30,822 nucleotides of DNA from Fibrobacteria bacterium (GCA_050486505.1 JBJHDK010000026.1:1-30822), one strand, 5' to 3'; positions 18,508 through 28,130 are shown, counted from the first letter of the stretch. The notes: generated by a model from the sequence alone, not told the origin. Numbers and translations are program-made.

Positions 18508-19536
18508 ATGATTCGGCGGCATGCATTGCCATTGGCAATGCACGTCAGTGGCGTGGCATGCCACGCCACTGCGGCGTTGCTGCTTTTAATCGCAGTATTC
18601 GCCAACGCCGCTCCTCCCGACGTCGATGTCACCGCCTCGGTCGACCGCACCGAAGTCACCGTCGGAGAACGCCTTCGCTACACCATCACGGTCACACACC
18701 CGGCGGAAGGACGCATCGAGCTGCCCGCGGTTCGCGGCAACACCGGAAGCTTCGAGGTCCTTGCGCACGACGTGCGCACCCAACCGCGGCGCGGACGCCG
18801 CACCGTACTCACGCACACCTTCACGCTGGCGGCATTCGTTCCCGGCGACGACAGCCTTCCTCCCCAGCGCGTGGAATACCACGCGCCCGGCGACACCGCC
18901 ACGATCGTGCTCCATACACCACCCACCGCCGTGCGCGTGGTTCGCGTCGCGGGTGACGCGGACGATCTGGCCGACATCACAGGGGTCGAACGGCTCTCGC
19001 GGGGGGTGCCGTGGGGTCTCCTCCTTTTGCTGCTGGCGTCGGGGCTCGCCCTGCGAGCATGGCTGCGGCGGAAGAAAACCCTTCCGAAGCAGCGCCCGAT
19101 GGTGGCCCCCCCGTCTCCTCCCCCACCCTCCGTTCCGCCGGATCTTGAGGCGCTCGAGGCTCTCCGGGTCCTGGAGGCGCGGGGTTGGGAGCACGACCCG
19201 CGCGCCTTCGTCTTCGCGCTTTCGGAAATCATCCGCCGCTACCTTGGCAGGCGCTACGGCATCGACGCACTGGAGGCCACCACCGGCGAACTCCTGGAGC
19301 GCACTCGCGGCCTGCCGTTGCACGATCGCGACGGGGGCGGGATCGACGGGCACGCCTGGCTCGCCTCCTCATCCACCGCGATGGACGCCGTGAAGTACGC
19401 CGCCGTCCCCTTGGACGGGGATGATGCCGCCCGCTGGATCGTCGAAGCGCGCGCATTCGTGACCGCCACGCGGCCGACCCCGCCGGCTCCCGCGCTTGAC
19501 GCCTCCCCCGCGACGCGAGGCAAGGAAAGGGCATGA
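18508..19536 (+). CDS. Bat-operon membrane protein (BatD-like Ig domain, TM, helical C-domain)
   Basis: VTASVDRTEVTVGERLRYTITV Ig domain; TM; LSEIIRRYLGRRYGIDALEATTGEL...VKYA C-domain typical of the gene between DUF58 and batA. Start uncertain (GTG 18490, ATG 18508 or ATG 18538). Confidence 0.75.
   Translation: MIRRHALPLAMHVSGVACHATAALLLLIAVFANAAPPDVDVTASVDRTEVTVGERLRYTITVTHPAEGRIELPAVRGNTGSFEVLAHDVRTQPRRGRRTVLTHTFTLAAFVPGDDSLPPQRVEYHAPGDTATIVLHTPPTAVRVVRVAGDADDLADITGVERLSRGVPWGLLLLLLASGLALRAWLRRKKTLPKQRPMVAPPSPPPPSVPPDLEALEALRVLEARGWEHDPRAFVFALSEIIRRYLGRRYGIDALEATTGELLERTRGLPLHDRDGGGIDGHAWLASSSTAMDAVKYAAVPLDGDDAARWIVEARAFVTATRPTPPAPALDASPATRGKERA
18522..18571. repeat. Two adjacent REP-like palindromes
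   Basis: TGCATTGCCA-T-TGGCAATGCA (18522-18542) and the perfect 26-bp palindrome CAGTGGCGTGGCATGCCACGCCACTG (18546-18571). Confidence 0.7.
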
Positions 19537-20537
19537 CCGGCATGTTCTGGCCTCATTTTCATTCACCGTGGGCCCTGTGGTTGCTGCTGCTCATTCCGCT
19601 CCTCGCGGCCTGGGAACTCTGGCGGGCAAAGCGAAAGCGAACGAGCCTTCGATTTCCGGGAGCCGCCACGCTGCGCGGCCTGCCGCGGGGCTGGGCCGTG
19701 CGCCTGCGTGGCCTCCCCTTGGCGCTGCGCCTGGTCGCCCTCGCGATTCTGGTTGTCGCGTTCGCGCGCCCGCAATCGACGCACACCCTCGAACGCGTGA
19801 CCTCGGAAGGCATCGACATCATGCTCGTGCTCGACGTCTCCACGTCGATGAAGGTGATGGACTTCAGGCCGAACCGTCTCGAGGCCGCGAAGCAGGTGCT
19901 CGAGCAGTTCATCGACGGACGCCGGCACGACCGCATCGGCCTCGTCATCTTTGCGGGTTCGGCCATGACGCAGTGTCCGCTAACGCCCGACTACGGTGTC
20001 CTCACCGGCCTGCTGCGCCAGGTAGACTTCGGGCGCGTGCGCGACGGCACGGCCATCGGGACCGCGATCCTCACGGCGACCAACCGGTTGCGCGAATCCG
20101 ACGCAAAGAGCAAGGTCATGGTTCTGCTCACCGACGGCGAGAACAACATGGGCGAAGTGTCGCCGGTCACCGCGGCGCGCGCGGCCGCGGCCATGGGCAT
20201 CCGCATCTACGCTGTGGGCATGGGGCGCGAGGGCATGCAACCCCTCGAGGTCGACGACCCCTTCCAAGGCCGCAGGGTCGTGCAGGTGGAGACCGATGTC
20301 GATGACGCAATGCTGCGGGAAATCGCCGAAATCACCGGCGGGCGTTCCTTCCGCGCACAGGATCCTGGCGCCCTCGAAATGATCTACCGGGAGATCGACC
20401 TGCTGGAGCGCACCGAGGTGGAAACCACCACGTATACGCGCCGGGGCGAGCTCTTCATGAATCTCGCCCTGGCCGCGCTCGCCCTGCTGCTGCTTGAGGC
20501 CGCGCTCGGGCAAACCTGGTTGCGGAGGACTGCCTGA
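19533..20537 (+). CDS. batA: BatA, VWA domain membrane protein
   Basis: N-terminal BatA TM pair with ARPQ, GIDIMLVLDVSTSM (MIDAS), DRIGLVIF, GTAIG, LLTDGENN, IAEITGG and a C-terminal TM. Confidence 0.9.
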   Translation: MTGMFWPHFHSPWALWLLLLIPLLAAWELWRAKRKRTSLRFPGAATLRGLPRGWAVRLRGLPLALRLVALAILVVAFARPQSTHTLERVTSEGIDIMLVLDVSTSMKVMDFRPNRLEAAKQVLEQFIDGRRHDRIGLVIFAGSAMTQCPLTPDYGVLTGLLRQVDFGRVRDGTAIGTAILTATNRLRESDAKSKVMVLLTDGENNMGEVSPVTAARAAAAMGIRIYAVGMGREGMQPLEVDDPFQGRRVVQVETDVDDAMLREIAEITGGRSFRAQDPGALEMIYREIDLLERTEVETTTYTRRGELFMNLALAALALLLLEAALGQTWLRRTA

Positions 20538-21562
20538 TGCGCTTCGCCGACCCCGCTGCACTGTGGTGGCTGCTTCTGGTTCCGGTTGCGGGGGTATTCT
20601 TCGCATGGGCCCTGTGGAGGGGGCGTATCCTGCTGCGCCGCTTCGCCGATCCCGCCCTGCTCCCGCGCCTTGGCGCCGGGAATGGAACGCTTCGCGGCGC
20701 CCTGCGCGCGCTGCTCTTCATCGCCGCGCTGGGCCTGATCGCGGTGGCGTTGGCCCGTCCCCAGTGGGGAACGCGCCTGGAACTCATGCAACGCGAAGGA
20801 CTCGACATCGTGGTCGTGATGGACGTCTCGCGCTCCATGTACGCCGAAGACATCCGCCCCAACCGGCTCGCGCGGACCAAGCAGGAGCTCGCGCGCTTCA
20901 CCGAACGGCTCGACGGCGACCGCGTTGCCTTGGTGGCCTTCGCCGGAGACGCCTTCCTGCAATGTCCCCTGACCACCGACTACGGGGCATTTCGCATGTT
21001 CCTCGACGTCCTCGAACCCGACTTCATCCAACCGCAGGGAACCGACATCGCCCGCGCCATCGAGGTGGGACTGCGCGCCTTCGCGGAAGACGATGGACGC
21101 CACCGCGTCATGGTGCTGCTCAGCGACGGCGAGGATTTCGGAGGTCGCGTTCAGGACATGGTTGCCGAGGCGGCGCGCTCCGGTGTGGTCATCTTCACGG
21201 TCGGCATCGGCTCCACCTCGGGAGTCCCGATTCCGGTGCGCGACGCGTCGGGCGGCCGCGCGCACCTGCGCGACGCTCGGGGCCACGTCGTGACCACGCG
21301 CATGGACGCCGAACTGCTCGCCGGCATCGCCCACGCCACCGGCGGCGAGTTCTACCACGCGCAACCGGGGCGTTTCGAAATGCTCGAGGTGCTGCGCGAA
21401 ATCAACGTGATGGAGCGACGCCTGCTCGAATCCGAGCGTCTGTCGCGCTTCGAGGATCGGTTCCAGTTTCCCCTGGCGGCGGCGATGCTGCTGCTCGTGG
21501 GAGAGTTGCTCGTGCCTCCGCGCCGCCGCCGCAAACACGACGAATCCGGGAGGTTCGCGTGA
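20537..21562 (+). CDS. batB: BatB, VWA domain membrane protein
   Basis: ALARPQWG, DVSRSM...PNRL, DRVALVAFAG, PLTTD, QGTDI, LSDGED, VGIG; TGATG overlap with batA. Confidence 0.9.
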   Translation: MRFADPAALWWLLLVPVAGVFFAWALWRGRILLRRFADPALLPRLGAGNGTLRGALRALLFIAALGLIAVALARPQWGTRLELMQREGLDIVVVMDVSRSMYAEDIRPNRLARTKQELARFTERLDGDRVALVAFAGDAFLQCPLTTDYGAFRMFLDVLEPDFIQPQGTDIARAIEVGLRAFAEDDGRHRVMVLLSDGEDFGGRVQDMVAEAARSGVVIFTVGIGSTSGVPIPVRDASGGRAHLRDARGHVVTTRMDAELLAGIAHATGGEFYHAQPGRFEMLEVLREINVMERRLLESERLSRFEDRFQFPLAAAMLLLVGELLVPPRRRRKHDESGRFA

Positions 21563-22377
21563 CGTTTCCGACCGGCATTGCAAGAGCCGCAGTCTGCGTG
21601 CTCGTGTTGTGCATTCCTGCCGCGACGCAGGAATCAGGGCCGCGCGGGGCTTGGGACAGGGTCCTGGAGTCGTTCTGGCTGAAGCGCCCTCCGGGACCGG
21701 AAGGCAACAGAGCCTACCGGGCGGGTGATTACCCGCGTGCGCTCGCGGAGTACGGACGCGCTCATGACGCCAAACCCGACCCACGTCTTGCCTTCAATGC
21801 AGGCAGTGCATTGTATCGGCAGGGCCTATACCCTGAGGCCACGGCCGCATGGCGATTCGCCCTTCAAGGTGCGGGAGACGACAGCGCCTTCGCCGCGCGG
21901 GGCCACTACAACCTGGGCAATGCCTTCGCGCGCAAGGCGGGCCAAGCCGCCACTCCCGACGAAGCGATGAGCGACCTCCGCGAAGCGCTCGCGCATTACC
22001 GCAAATCCCTCATGCTGCGTCCCGGAAACCGCGAGGCGCAGCGAAATCTTGAGTTGGTGCACAACGCCCTGCAACAGCTGCAGCAGGAGCAGGAGCAATC
22101 CCCTCCCGACGGAGAGCCGCCTCCCGAGCAGCCCAAACCGAGCGAAGAGGCGCGTGAATCCCTCGCGCGCGCAATGCAATTGGTGCAGGATCGCCGCTAC
22201 TCCGAAGCGCGGGCGGTCCTTGACGACATCTTGCGCCGCGACCCAACGGCCGCGCCATACGAAGCGCATCTGCGCCGCATCGACGATGTGACCCGAATCA
22301 TCGCGGGCGAGGGCCCCGCCGCACCGTTCCCCCGCGACCCACGGGCGCGACCGGGTTCCCCGGGGGGCCGGCCATGA
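21559..22377 (+). CDS. batC: BatC-like TPR protein
   Basis: GTG start overlapping the batB stop (GTGA) with GGGAGG SD; signal peptide; GNRAYRAGDY, FNAGSALY, HYNLGNA, YRKSL...P...AQRNLEL. Confidence 0.75.
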   Translation: MTFPTGIARAAVCVLVLCIPAATQESGPRGAWDRVLESFWLKRPPGPEGNRAYRAGDYPRALAEYGRAHDAKPDPRLAFNAGSALYRQGLYPEATAAWRFALQGAGDDSAFAARGHYNLGNAFARKAGQAATPDEAMSDLREALAHYRKSLMLRPGNREAQRNLELVHNALQQLQQEQEQSPPDGEPPPEQPKPSEEARESLARAMQLVQDRRYSEARAVLDDILRRDPTAAPYEAHLRRIDDVTRIIAGEGPAAPFPRDPRARPGSPGGRP

Positions 22378-22931
22378 AGGCGATGTCGCGCGCGCTGGTC
22401 CTCGGCATGACTGTGTCCCTGGCCTCTGCGACGGTGTCCGCACGGGCACTGAAGGGTGCGGAAGATTACTTCCACGCTGGAGCGCACCTCTATGTCGGAG
22501 GTCGCCACCAGGAAGCCTCGGTCGAAATCGAGGAAGGGCTGCGCCACTGGCCCGATGATCCCGCCCTGCGCGCGTTGGCGAACCACCTCGAAGACATGAA
22601 GGACCAGCAGCGGCGCGGCGACGATGGCCAGGAGGGTGAAGGCGAGCCAGGAGACCAGGATCCCCGTCGGGGGGATGATTCCGGTGAACGCGACCCGGAC
22701 GATGGCGAAGGAAGCCCTGACGACAGCGATGACCGGGACCAGCCCCCAGATTCGGAACCGGACGGGCAGGACCGGCAACGACCTCCGCAGGAGCGTGAGC
22801 CGCGGGCGGGAGAGATGAGCGAGGAGGAGGCCAGGCGCTTGCTAGATTCATTCGCCGACGACGACAAGCAACAGCAGCGCGGGCAACGCGTTCCCCTCGG
22901 AACGCGCCCAGGCATGGAGCAGACGTGGTGA
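22374..22931 (+). CDS. Secreted protein carrying the BatC-type acidic linker and C-terminal EEARRLL...W motif
   Basis: ATGA overlap; signal peptide; one TPR-like hairpin; D/E/G/Q/P-rich linker; MSEEEARRLLDS...QTW terminus. Confidence 0.7.
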   Translation: MKAMSRALVLGMTVSLASATVSARALKGAEDYFHAGAHLYVGGRHQEASVEIEEGLRHWPDDPALRALANHLEDMKDQQRRGDDGQEGEGEPGDQDPRRGDDSGERDPDDGEGSPDDSDDRDQPPDSEPDGQDRQRPPQEREPRAGEMSEEEARRLLDSFADDDKQQQRGQRVPLGTRPGMEQTW

Positions 22932-24727
22932 CCGGCACCCCCTTCATTTCGGGCGGAGTGGTCGCAGCCTTGGCGCTGTGCCTTCTGGCCGCGCCCGCGG
23001 CACGCGCGGAAATCCTCGGTGCCGAAGCCTCCGTGAATGCATCGGAAGTTCTCACGGGAGAAGCTTTCCAGTTGCGCGTGCGCGTCACCTCCGATCGCAG
23101 GATGGAACTTCCAAGGCCGCAAGTCGGAGGGCTCGAACATTTCACGGTCGCGGAGGACGTCTCGCACTCGACTTCGACCCAGACATCGATCATCAACGGA
23201 AACGTCACCCGCACCGAACGCCATCTCACGGATTTCACTTTTACCCTGACCGCGCAGGCCGAAGGAACCTTCACCATCGCTCCCATCAGGTTCGCGCACG
23301 GCGGATTCGACCGCGATCTCGGCAGCGCGGTGGTTCGCGTCGCACGAGCCGAACAAGCCCTGACAACACGCACATCGGTGAGCACCCGCCATCCATGGGT
23401 GGGCGAGCAGGTTCTTTACACCTTGCGCATCATCCCCCAGGACGTCGTGCATTCCATCAATCTCCCGCAGGACTTGCAGGGGTTGATCGGCGAAAAGTTT
23501 TTCTTCCACCAGCTCGACCAGCAAATCGGCCCCACTTTGGCGGACGTGGACGGGCGGGAAACGCGCGTCTTCGACATCCGCATCGCCCTCTTTCCCCTGC
23601 TGGCCGGCCCGGCCGCCCTGGAAGGCATCCCCGTGGAATACCGGAGGCCACGCCCCGGCCGCGACCGGTCGCAATCGATGTTCGACATGATCGACCAGGC
23701 GTTCTTCGGAGGAGGAGGCAGCCTGATCACGCAAAAGACCACGGCCGCGCCGCTGACGGTGGAAGCGCGACCGCTGCCTTCCGGCGCGCCACGTGGATTC
23801 ACGGGATCGGTTGGCCGCTACTCGCTGTCGGCGGCGCTTGATCGCACCGAGGTCGAGGCCGGTGACGCGGCGACGCTGACGATCACCATCCGCGGAAACG
23901 GGCAGCCCCGCAGCATCACGCGCCCTGTCCTTCCGGACCTTCAGGCCTTCGAAATCTACGGCCCCGAAGAGTCCGGCTCCAGTCACGTCGAGGGATCCGA
24001 ATTATGGACGACGCGCACGTTCCGCTACATGTTGGTTCCCTCGCGCGAAGGCACGCATGCGCTGGAGGGGATTTCCTTCCCGTACTTCGACCCGCGCAGC
24101 GGGACCTACGCACGCGCAACCTCCCGCCCGCTTGCGTTGCGCGTCACGCCAGGGCGTGCCGCGCCTCCCGGGGGCGTCGCCGCAGTGCAACGCTCTATCT
24201 CCGACATCGGATCGGACATCAGGCATATCCGCGCCGACGAGGCGCGCCTGCGTGGAGCGGCACCGCTCCCGTACCATCACCGGGGGTTCGCCGCCCTCGT
24301 CGCCTTGCCACCGCTCGTGCTGGCCTTCGCCGTCTTCGCGCGGCGCCGCATTGATCGATTGAAGACGGATGCGGCCTATTCGCGACGGCTGCGCGCGGGC
24401 GCCGAACTGCGCCGGCGGCTCAAGGTCGCACGCGCCTCACACGACAAGGGCGACGCCAGGGCCTTTTACCACGCCCTGTCCGAAGCCGTGGTCGCGCTTC
24501 CGAGCGACAAGCTCAACATTGAATTCCGCGGAATGACGCTCCCGCGCGCGATGGAGGAGTTGACCCGGCGCGGCGCGAAGCAGGAAACTGCGACGGCGTA
24601 CGATGCGCTGCTGCAACGCTGCGATTTCGTGCTCTTCGCCGGAATGACGCCGACGCCGGAAGAAACCCGGCGCGATCTGGAGGCCGCGGAAGCCTTGCTC
24701 ACCCGCCTCGACAAGGAGCTTTCATGA
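22925..24727 (+). CDS. batD: BatD family protein
   Basis: Signal peptide; three Ig-like repeats (GEAFQL, VGEQVLY, GDAATLTITIRGNG); SIINGN; FTGSVGRY; FPYFDP; DIRHI; TM. Start GTG 22925 or 22928. Confidence 0.88.
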   Translation: MVTGTPFISGGVVAALALCLLAAPAARAEILGAEASVNASEVLTGEAFQLRVRVTSDRRMELPRPQVGGLEHFTVAEDVSHSTSTQTSIINGNVTRTERHLTDFTFTLTAQAEGTFTIAPIRFAHGGFDRDLGSAVVRVARAEQALTTRTSVSTRHPWVGEQVLYTLRIIPQDVVHSINLPQDLQGLIGEKFFFHQLDQQIGPTLADVDGRETRVFDIRIALFPLLAGPAALEGIPVEYRRPRPGRDRSQSMFDMIDQAFFGGGGSLITQKTTAAPLTVEARPLPSGAPRGFTGSVGRYSLSAALDRTEVEAGDAATLTITIRGNGQPRSITRPVLPDLQAFEIYGPEESGSSHVEGSELWTTRTFRYMLVPSREGTHALEGISFPYFDPRSGTYARATSRPLALRVTPGRAAPPGGVAAVQRSISDIGSDIRHIRADEARLRGAAPLPYHHRGFAALVALPPLVLAFAVFARRRIDRLKTDAAYSRRLRAGAELRRRLKVARASHDKGDARAFYHALSEAVVALPSDKLNIEFRGMTLPRAMEELTRRGAKQETATAYDALLQRCDFVLFAGMTPTPEETRRDLEAAEALLTRLDKELS

Positions 24728-25536
24728 GCGCCGCGACACGGTCGAAAAGCGCGGGAATCGCGGCATTGGCACTGATGCTTCTGGCATTCTCCGGAATCTC
24801 CGGGATCGCGAATGCACAGGATCTTGCGACGCGCGATCTCGACGCGGCCACCGCGAGTTTCCGGGAGGGAAACGCCGCCTACGAACGCGGCGAGTTCGAG
24901 GCCGCCGCGGAGGCCTACAGGCGCGCGGCGGAACTGGGGGCGGCCGATGCGCGCTTGCACTACAACCACGGCAACGCACTGTTCCGGCTTGGCAAGCTCG
25001 GGTCGGCCATCCTGGAGTATGAACGCGCGCGGAAGCTCGCGCCGAGCGATGCCGACGTGCTGCACAACCTCCGCTTCGCGCGCTCACGCGTCACGGACAG
25101 GGTTCCTGAGCCCCAGGGCAACGCCCTGACGCGTGCGCTGTGGGCCCTGCATTCTTCGTACTCCCTCCGGACGGGCATCTGGGCCGCGTGGGCGTTCTTC
25201 GCGGCAGGGTTCGCCGCGTTCGCAGTCGCGCTTTTCGCGTCAGGGACTTTGCGGGCCGCGTGGGTCACGGCGGGAATGATTTCCTTCGCCGCGCTGTTGT
25301 TCGTTTCGCCGTCGCTGGTTTACAAGGTGAACCGGTTCGAGACCGTTTCCCTCGCGGTCGTCCTTGAACCCGAGGCTCGACTCTACAGCGGTCCAGGGGA
25401 GCAATACGAATTGTTGTTTCGCGTGCACGAAGGCACGAGCTTCACGATCGAAAGCCGTCACGGAGAATGGCTGTCGGTGAAGCTTCCCGACGGGCGAGGC
25501 GGATTCATCCGGCATGACAAGATCGGAGAAGTGTAA
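24724..25536 (+). CDS. batE: BatE, TPR + SH3 domain protein
   Basis: FREGNAAY, HYNHGNALFRLG..G.AIL.YERA..LAP.D.D..HNL, two TMs, and a C-terminal SH3b (SGPG...VHEGT...W...GFI). Confidence 0.88.
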   Translation: MSAATRSKSAGIAALALMLLAFSGISGIANAQDLATRDLDAATASFREGNAAYERGEFEAAAEAYRRAAELGAADARLHYNHGNALFRLGKLGSAILEYERARKLAPSDADVLHNLRFARSRVTDRVPEPQGNALTRALWALHSSYSLRTGIWAAWAFFAAGFAAFAVALFASGTLRAAWVTAGMISFAALLFVSPSLVYKVNRFETVSLAVVLEPEARLYSGPGEQYELLFRVHEGTSFTIESRHGEWLSVKLPDGRGGFIRHDKIGEV

Positions 25537-25539
25537 ACC

Positions 25540-25893
25540 ATGGATTTCATCCGGATCGGGGCATTTCTGGCATTTCTCGGGGTCGCATTCGGGGCGTTCG
25601 GGGCCCACGCCCTCAAGGCTCGCCTGACGACCGACCTGCTGCAGGTCTGGAATACGGCCGTCCTCTATCACCTTCTGCACGCGGTCGCGCTCTTTGCGCT
25701 GGGTCTGTACGCCAAGGTCTCCGGCGCGGATGTCAGAACCGGAGGTGTGCTCCTGCTGGCGGGAGTCCTGGTTTTCTCGGGAAGCCTTTACGCATTGGCC
25801 CTGACCGGAATCCGCCCCTTGGGAGCGATCACACCGATCGGGGGAATGCTCTTTCTGGCCGGATGGGCCTGGATCGTTTACAAGGGAATCTGA
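25540..25893 (+). CDS. DUF423 (YgdD/TMEM256) membrane protein
   Basis: GAFGAHAL, TAVLYH..H, FSGSLYAL, GAITPIGG...GW. Confidence 0.93.
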   Translation: MDFIRIGAFLAFLGVAFGAFGAHALKARLTTDLLQVWNTAVLYHLLHAVALFALGLYAKVSGADVRTGGVLLLAGVLVFSGSLYALALTGIRPLGAITPIGGMLFLAGWAWIVYKGI

Positions 25894-25924
25894 CCCGTTT
25901 CACGCAGGTTTCTCGCCAAGCGCC

Positions 25925-25953
25925 TTGCGTTTCGCAGGTCGGGGCGGTAGGTT
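25925..25953 (+). promoter_or_regulatory. Possible sigma70-type promoter for the sensor kinase
   Basis: TTGCGT-N17-TAGGTT; motif match only. Confidence 0.3.
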
Positions 25954-26006
25954 AAATCTGTCATGCTTCTTTCCGTGAGGAGGGAGCTCGACGAAAGCTC
26001 CGAACC

Positions 26007-27530
26007 GTGAAGCGCATGAAACCACCCCCCGACAACGCTTCGCCCGGAGGCGAGACCCCCTATTCCATCCTCGACAACCTTCTTGAAGGCTGCCAGATCA
26101 TCGGGCCGGACTGGCGCTACCTCTACGTCAACGACGCCTTGGTGAAGCAAGGGAAACTTCCGCGCGAAGGTTTGCTCGGCCGCACGATGATGGAGTGCTA
26201 CCCGGGCATCGACCAAGCCCCTTTCTTCGCCGTGCTGCGGAAGTGCATGGAAGAGCGTGTCGCCGACCAGCTGGAGAACGAATTCACCTTTCCGGACGGA
26301 TCGAAGGGGTGGTTCGAATTGCGGTTCGAGCCTGTTCCCGAGGGTGTTTTCATCCTCTCGCTCGATACCAGTGAACGCCGCCGAATCCAGGAGCAGCTCG
26401 TCCAGTCGCAGAAAATGGAGGCCATCGGAAGGCTGGCGGGGGGTGTGGCGCACGACTTCAACAACCTGTTGACCGTGATCCTCCTCTACGGCGAACGTTT
26501 GCTTGAGAAGCTCCCCGCCGACGACCCGAACCGCGGGGCGGTGGAACAGATCAAGCTGGCGGGGGAACGCGCGAGCGCGCTGACGGCGCAACTCCTCGCG
26601 TTCAGCCGCCAGCAGGTGTTCGAACCCAAGCGGGTCGATCTCAACCAGATCGTGACCGGATCCGAAAAGATGCTGTGCCGCATGATCGGCGAAGACATCT
26701 CGCTCTCCGTGAAAACGGGTTCCTCCACGGGAGCGATCATGGCCGATTCCGGACGCGTGGAACAGGTCCTGCTCAATCTCGCCGTCAATGCGCGCGACGC
26801 CATGCCGCGCGGGGGGATGCTTTCCATCGAGACCCGTGACGCCGCGCTGGACGAAACCTATGCCCGAACCCACCTGGGAGTCAGGCCGGGGAGTTATGTG
26901 ATGCTGGCCGTCAGCGACAACGGCAAGGGAATGGATCGCGCGACGCAGGCCCGTATCTTCGAGCCGTTCTTCACCACCAAACCCCAGGGCGAGGGAACGG
27001 GACTGGGACTTTCCACGGTGTTCGGGATCGTACGACAATGCGGAGGGTCCGTCTGGGTCTACAGCGAACCCGGGAAGGGCAGCACGTTCAAGGTCTATTT
27101 TCCCCGCGCCGAGGCGGGGGCTCCGGAACAGCCCGAAACACAGGCTGCCCACGTGGCGGGAGGACGTGAAACCATCATGCTGGTCGAGGACGACGAACCC
27201 GTGCGCACCATCACCGCGGCCGCGTTGCGCGACCTGGGCTACACGGTGCTTGAGGCAGGAAACGGAAGGGAAGCCATCGCCGTGTCCCGCGCCCACACGG
27301 ATCCGGTGCATCTGGTCGCATCGGACGTCGTCATGCCGGGCATGGGCGGCCCCAAGGTGGCCCGCGCCATTCGCGCACAGCGCCCCGATGTCAAGGTGCT
27401 CTTCCTCTCCGGATACACGGATGATGCCATGATCCGCCACGGCATCATCCGCCACGAAGTCGCCTTCCTGCAAAAACCGTTCACGAAGGACTCCTTGGCG
27501 AAAAAGGTGCGCGAAACTCTCGACGGCTGA
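26007..27530 (+). CDS. Cytoplasmic PAS-domain hybrid histidine kinase/receiver (CckA-like architecture)
   Basis: PAS domain; H-box QKMEAIGRLAGGVAHDFNNLL; N-box NLAVNARDAM; DNGKGM, FEPFFTTK, GTGLGLS; receiver VEDD...SDVVMPGM...LSGY...KPF. Start GTG 26007 or ATG 26016. Confidence 0.95.
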   Translation: MKRMKPPPDNASPGGETPYSILDNLLEGCQIIGPDWRYLYVNDALVKQGKLPREGLLGRTMMECYPGIDQAPFFAVLRKCMEERVADQLENEFTFPDGSKGWFELRFEPVPEGVFILSLDTSERRRIQEQLVQSQKMEAIGRLAGGVAHDFNNLLTVILLYGERLLEKLPADDPNRGAVEQIKLAGERASALTAQLLAFSRQQVFEPKRVDLNQIVTGSEKMLCRMIGEDISLSVKTGSSTGAIMADSGRVEQVLLNLAVNARDAMPRGGMLSIETRDAALDETYARTHLGVRPGSYVMLAVSDNGKGMDRATQARIFEPFFTTKPQGEGTGLGLSTVFGIVRQCGGSVWVYSEPGKGSTFKVYFPRAEAGAPEQPETQAAHVAGGRETIMLVEDDEPVRTITAAALRDLGYTVLEAGNGREAIAVSRAHTDPVHLVASDVVMPGMGGPKVARAIRAQRPDVKVLFLSGYTDDAMIRHGIIRHEVAFLQKPFTKDSLAKKVRETLDG

Positions 27531-27588
27531 TCCCGGTCACGACCTCTTGGTACATTGGGGAAGATCCCCCAGACAAGGAGACGCCTTC

Positions 27589-28029
27589 ATGCGCACCCCC
27601 ATCCATGCCCTCGCTGCATCGTCAGCCTTCGCCGCATCGCTTTTGTTCGCCGCCTGCGGAGGTGGAGACGGACAGCCCGCGCCGGAAAGGAAGGTGTGGT
27701 TCGGAAACCTGTCGGATGGCGATACGGTCACCAGTCCGTTGACGGTGACGATGAAGGCTGAAAACCTGGTCGTCGAACCCGCGGCCGCGGGGATCCGCGA
27801 CGGCTACGGGCACTTCCACATTCTCGTGAACGTGCCGCCCCCCGAAGCTCCGCAGGCAATCCCTTTCGACGAGCAGCACATCCATTACGGCGCGGGAGAC
27901 ACGATCGCCACGCTGGAACTTCCGCCGGGCGACCACACCTTGGTCCTGCAGTTCGCCACGGGCGACCACGTCCCCTACGATCCGCAGATCAAGCAGACGG
28001 TGCGGGTGACGGTGGTGGAGGAAGAGTAG
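27589..28029 (+). CDS. DUF4399 domain lipoprotein
   Basis: SD AAGGAG; lipobox FAAC; V.F.NL.DG.TV.SP, GHFHILVN, HIHYG.G, L.PG.HTL.LQ..G.H. Confidence 0.85.
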   Translation: MRTPIHALAASSAFAASLLFAACGGGDGQPAPERKVWFGNLSDGDTVTSPLTVTMKAENLVVEPAAAGIRDGYGHFHILVNVPPPEAPQAIPFDEQHIHYGAGDTIATLELPPGDHTLVLQFATGDHVPYDPQIKQTVRVTVVEEE

Positions 28030-28085
28030 GGGGGATCCCCTGCCCACACGGCTTCGGCGGGGCGCGGGTCTTTCACCGGGCAAGA

Positions 28086-28111
28086 CACAGGGCCGGCTGC
28101 CCGGCCCTGTG
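28086..28111. terminator. GC-rich hairpin between convergent genes
   Basis: CACAGGGCCGG-CTGC-CCGGCCCTGTG, 11-bp stem with no U tract. Confidence 0.4.
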
Positions 28112-28130
28112 CGTGCAGCGGTGTTCCCGC

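Noticed and set aside
20494..21558. Long N-terminal extensions of ORFs 20494-22377 and 18088-19536
   Set aside because: They overlap batB and DUF58 in other frames; the signal peptides and coupled starts lie at 21559 and about 18490-18538.
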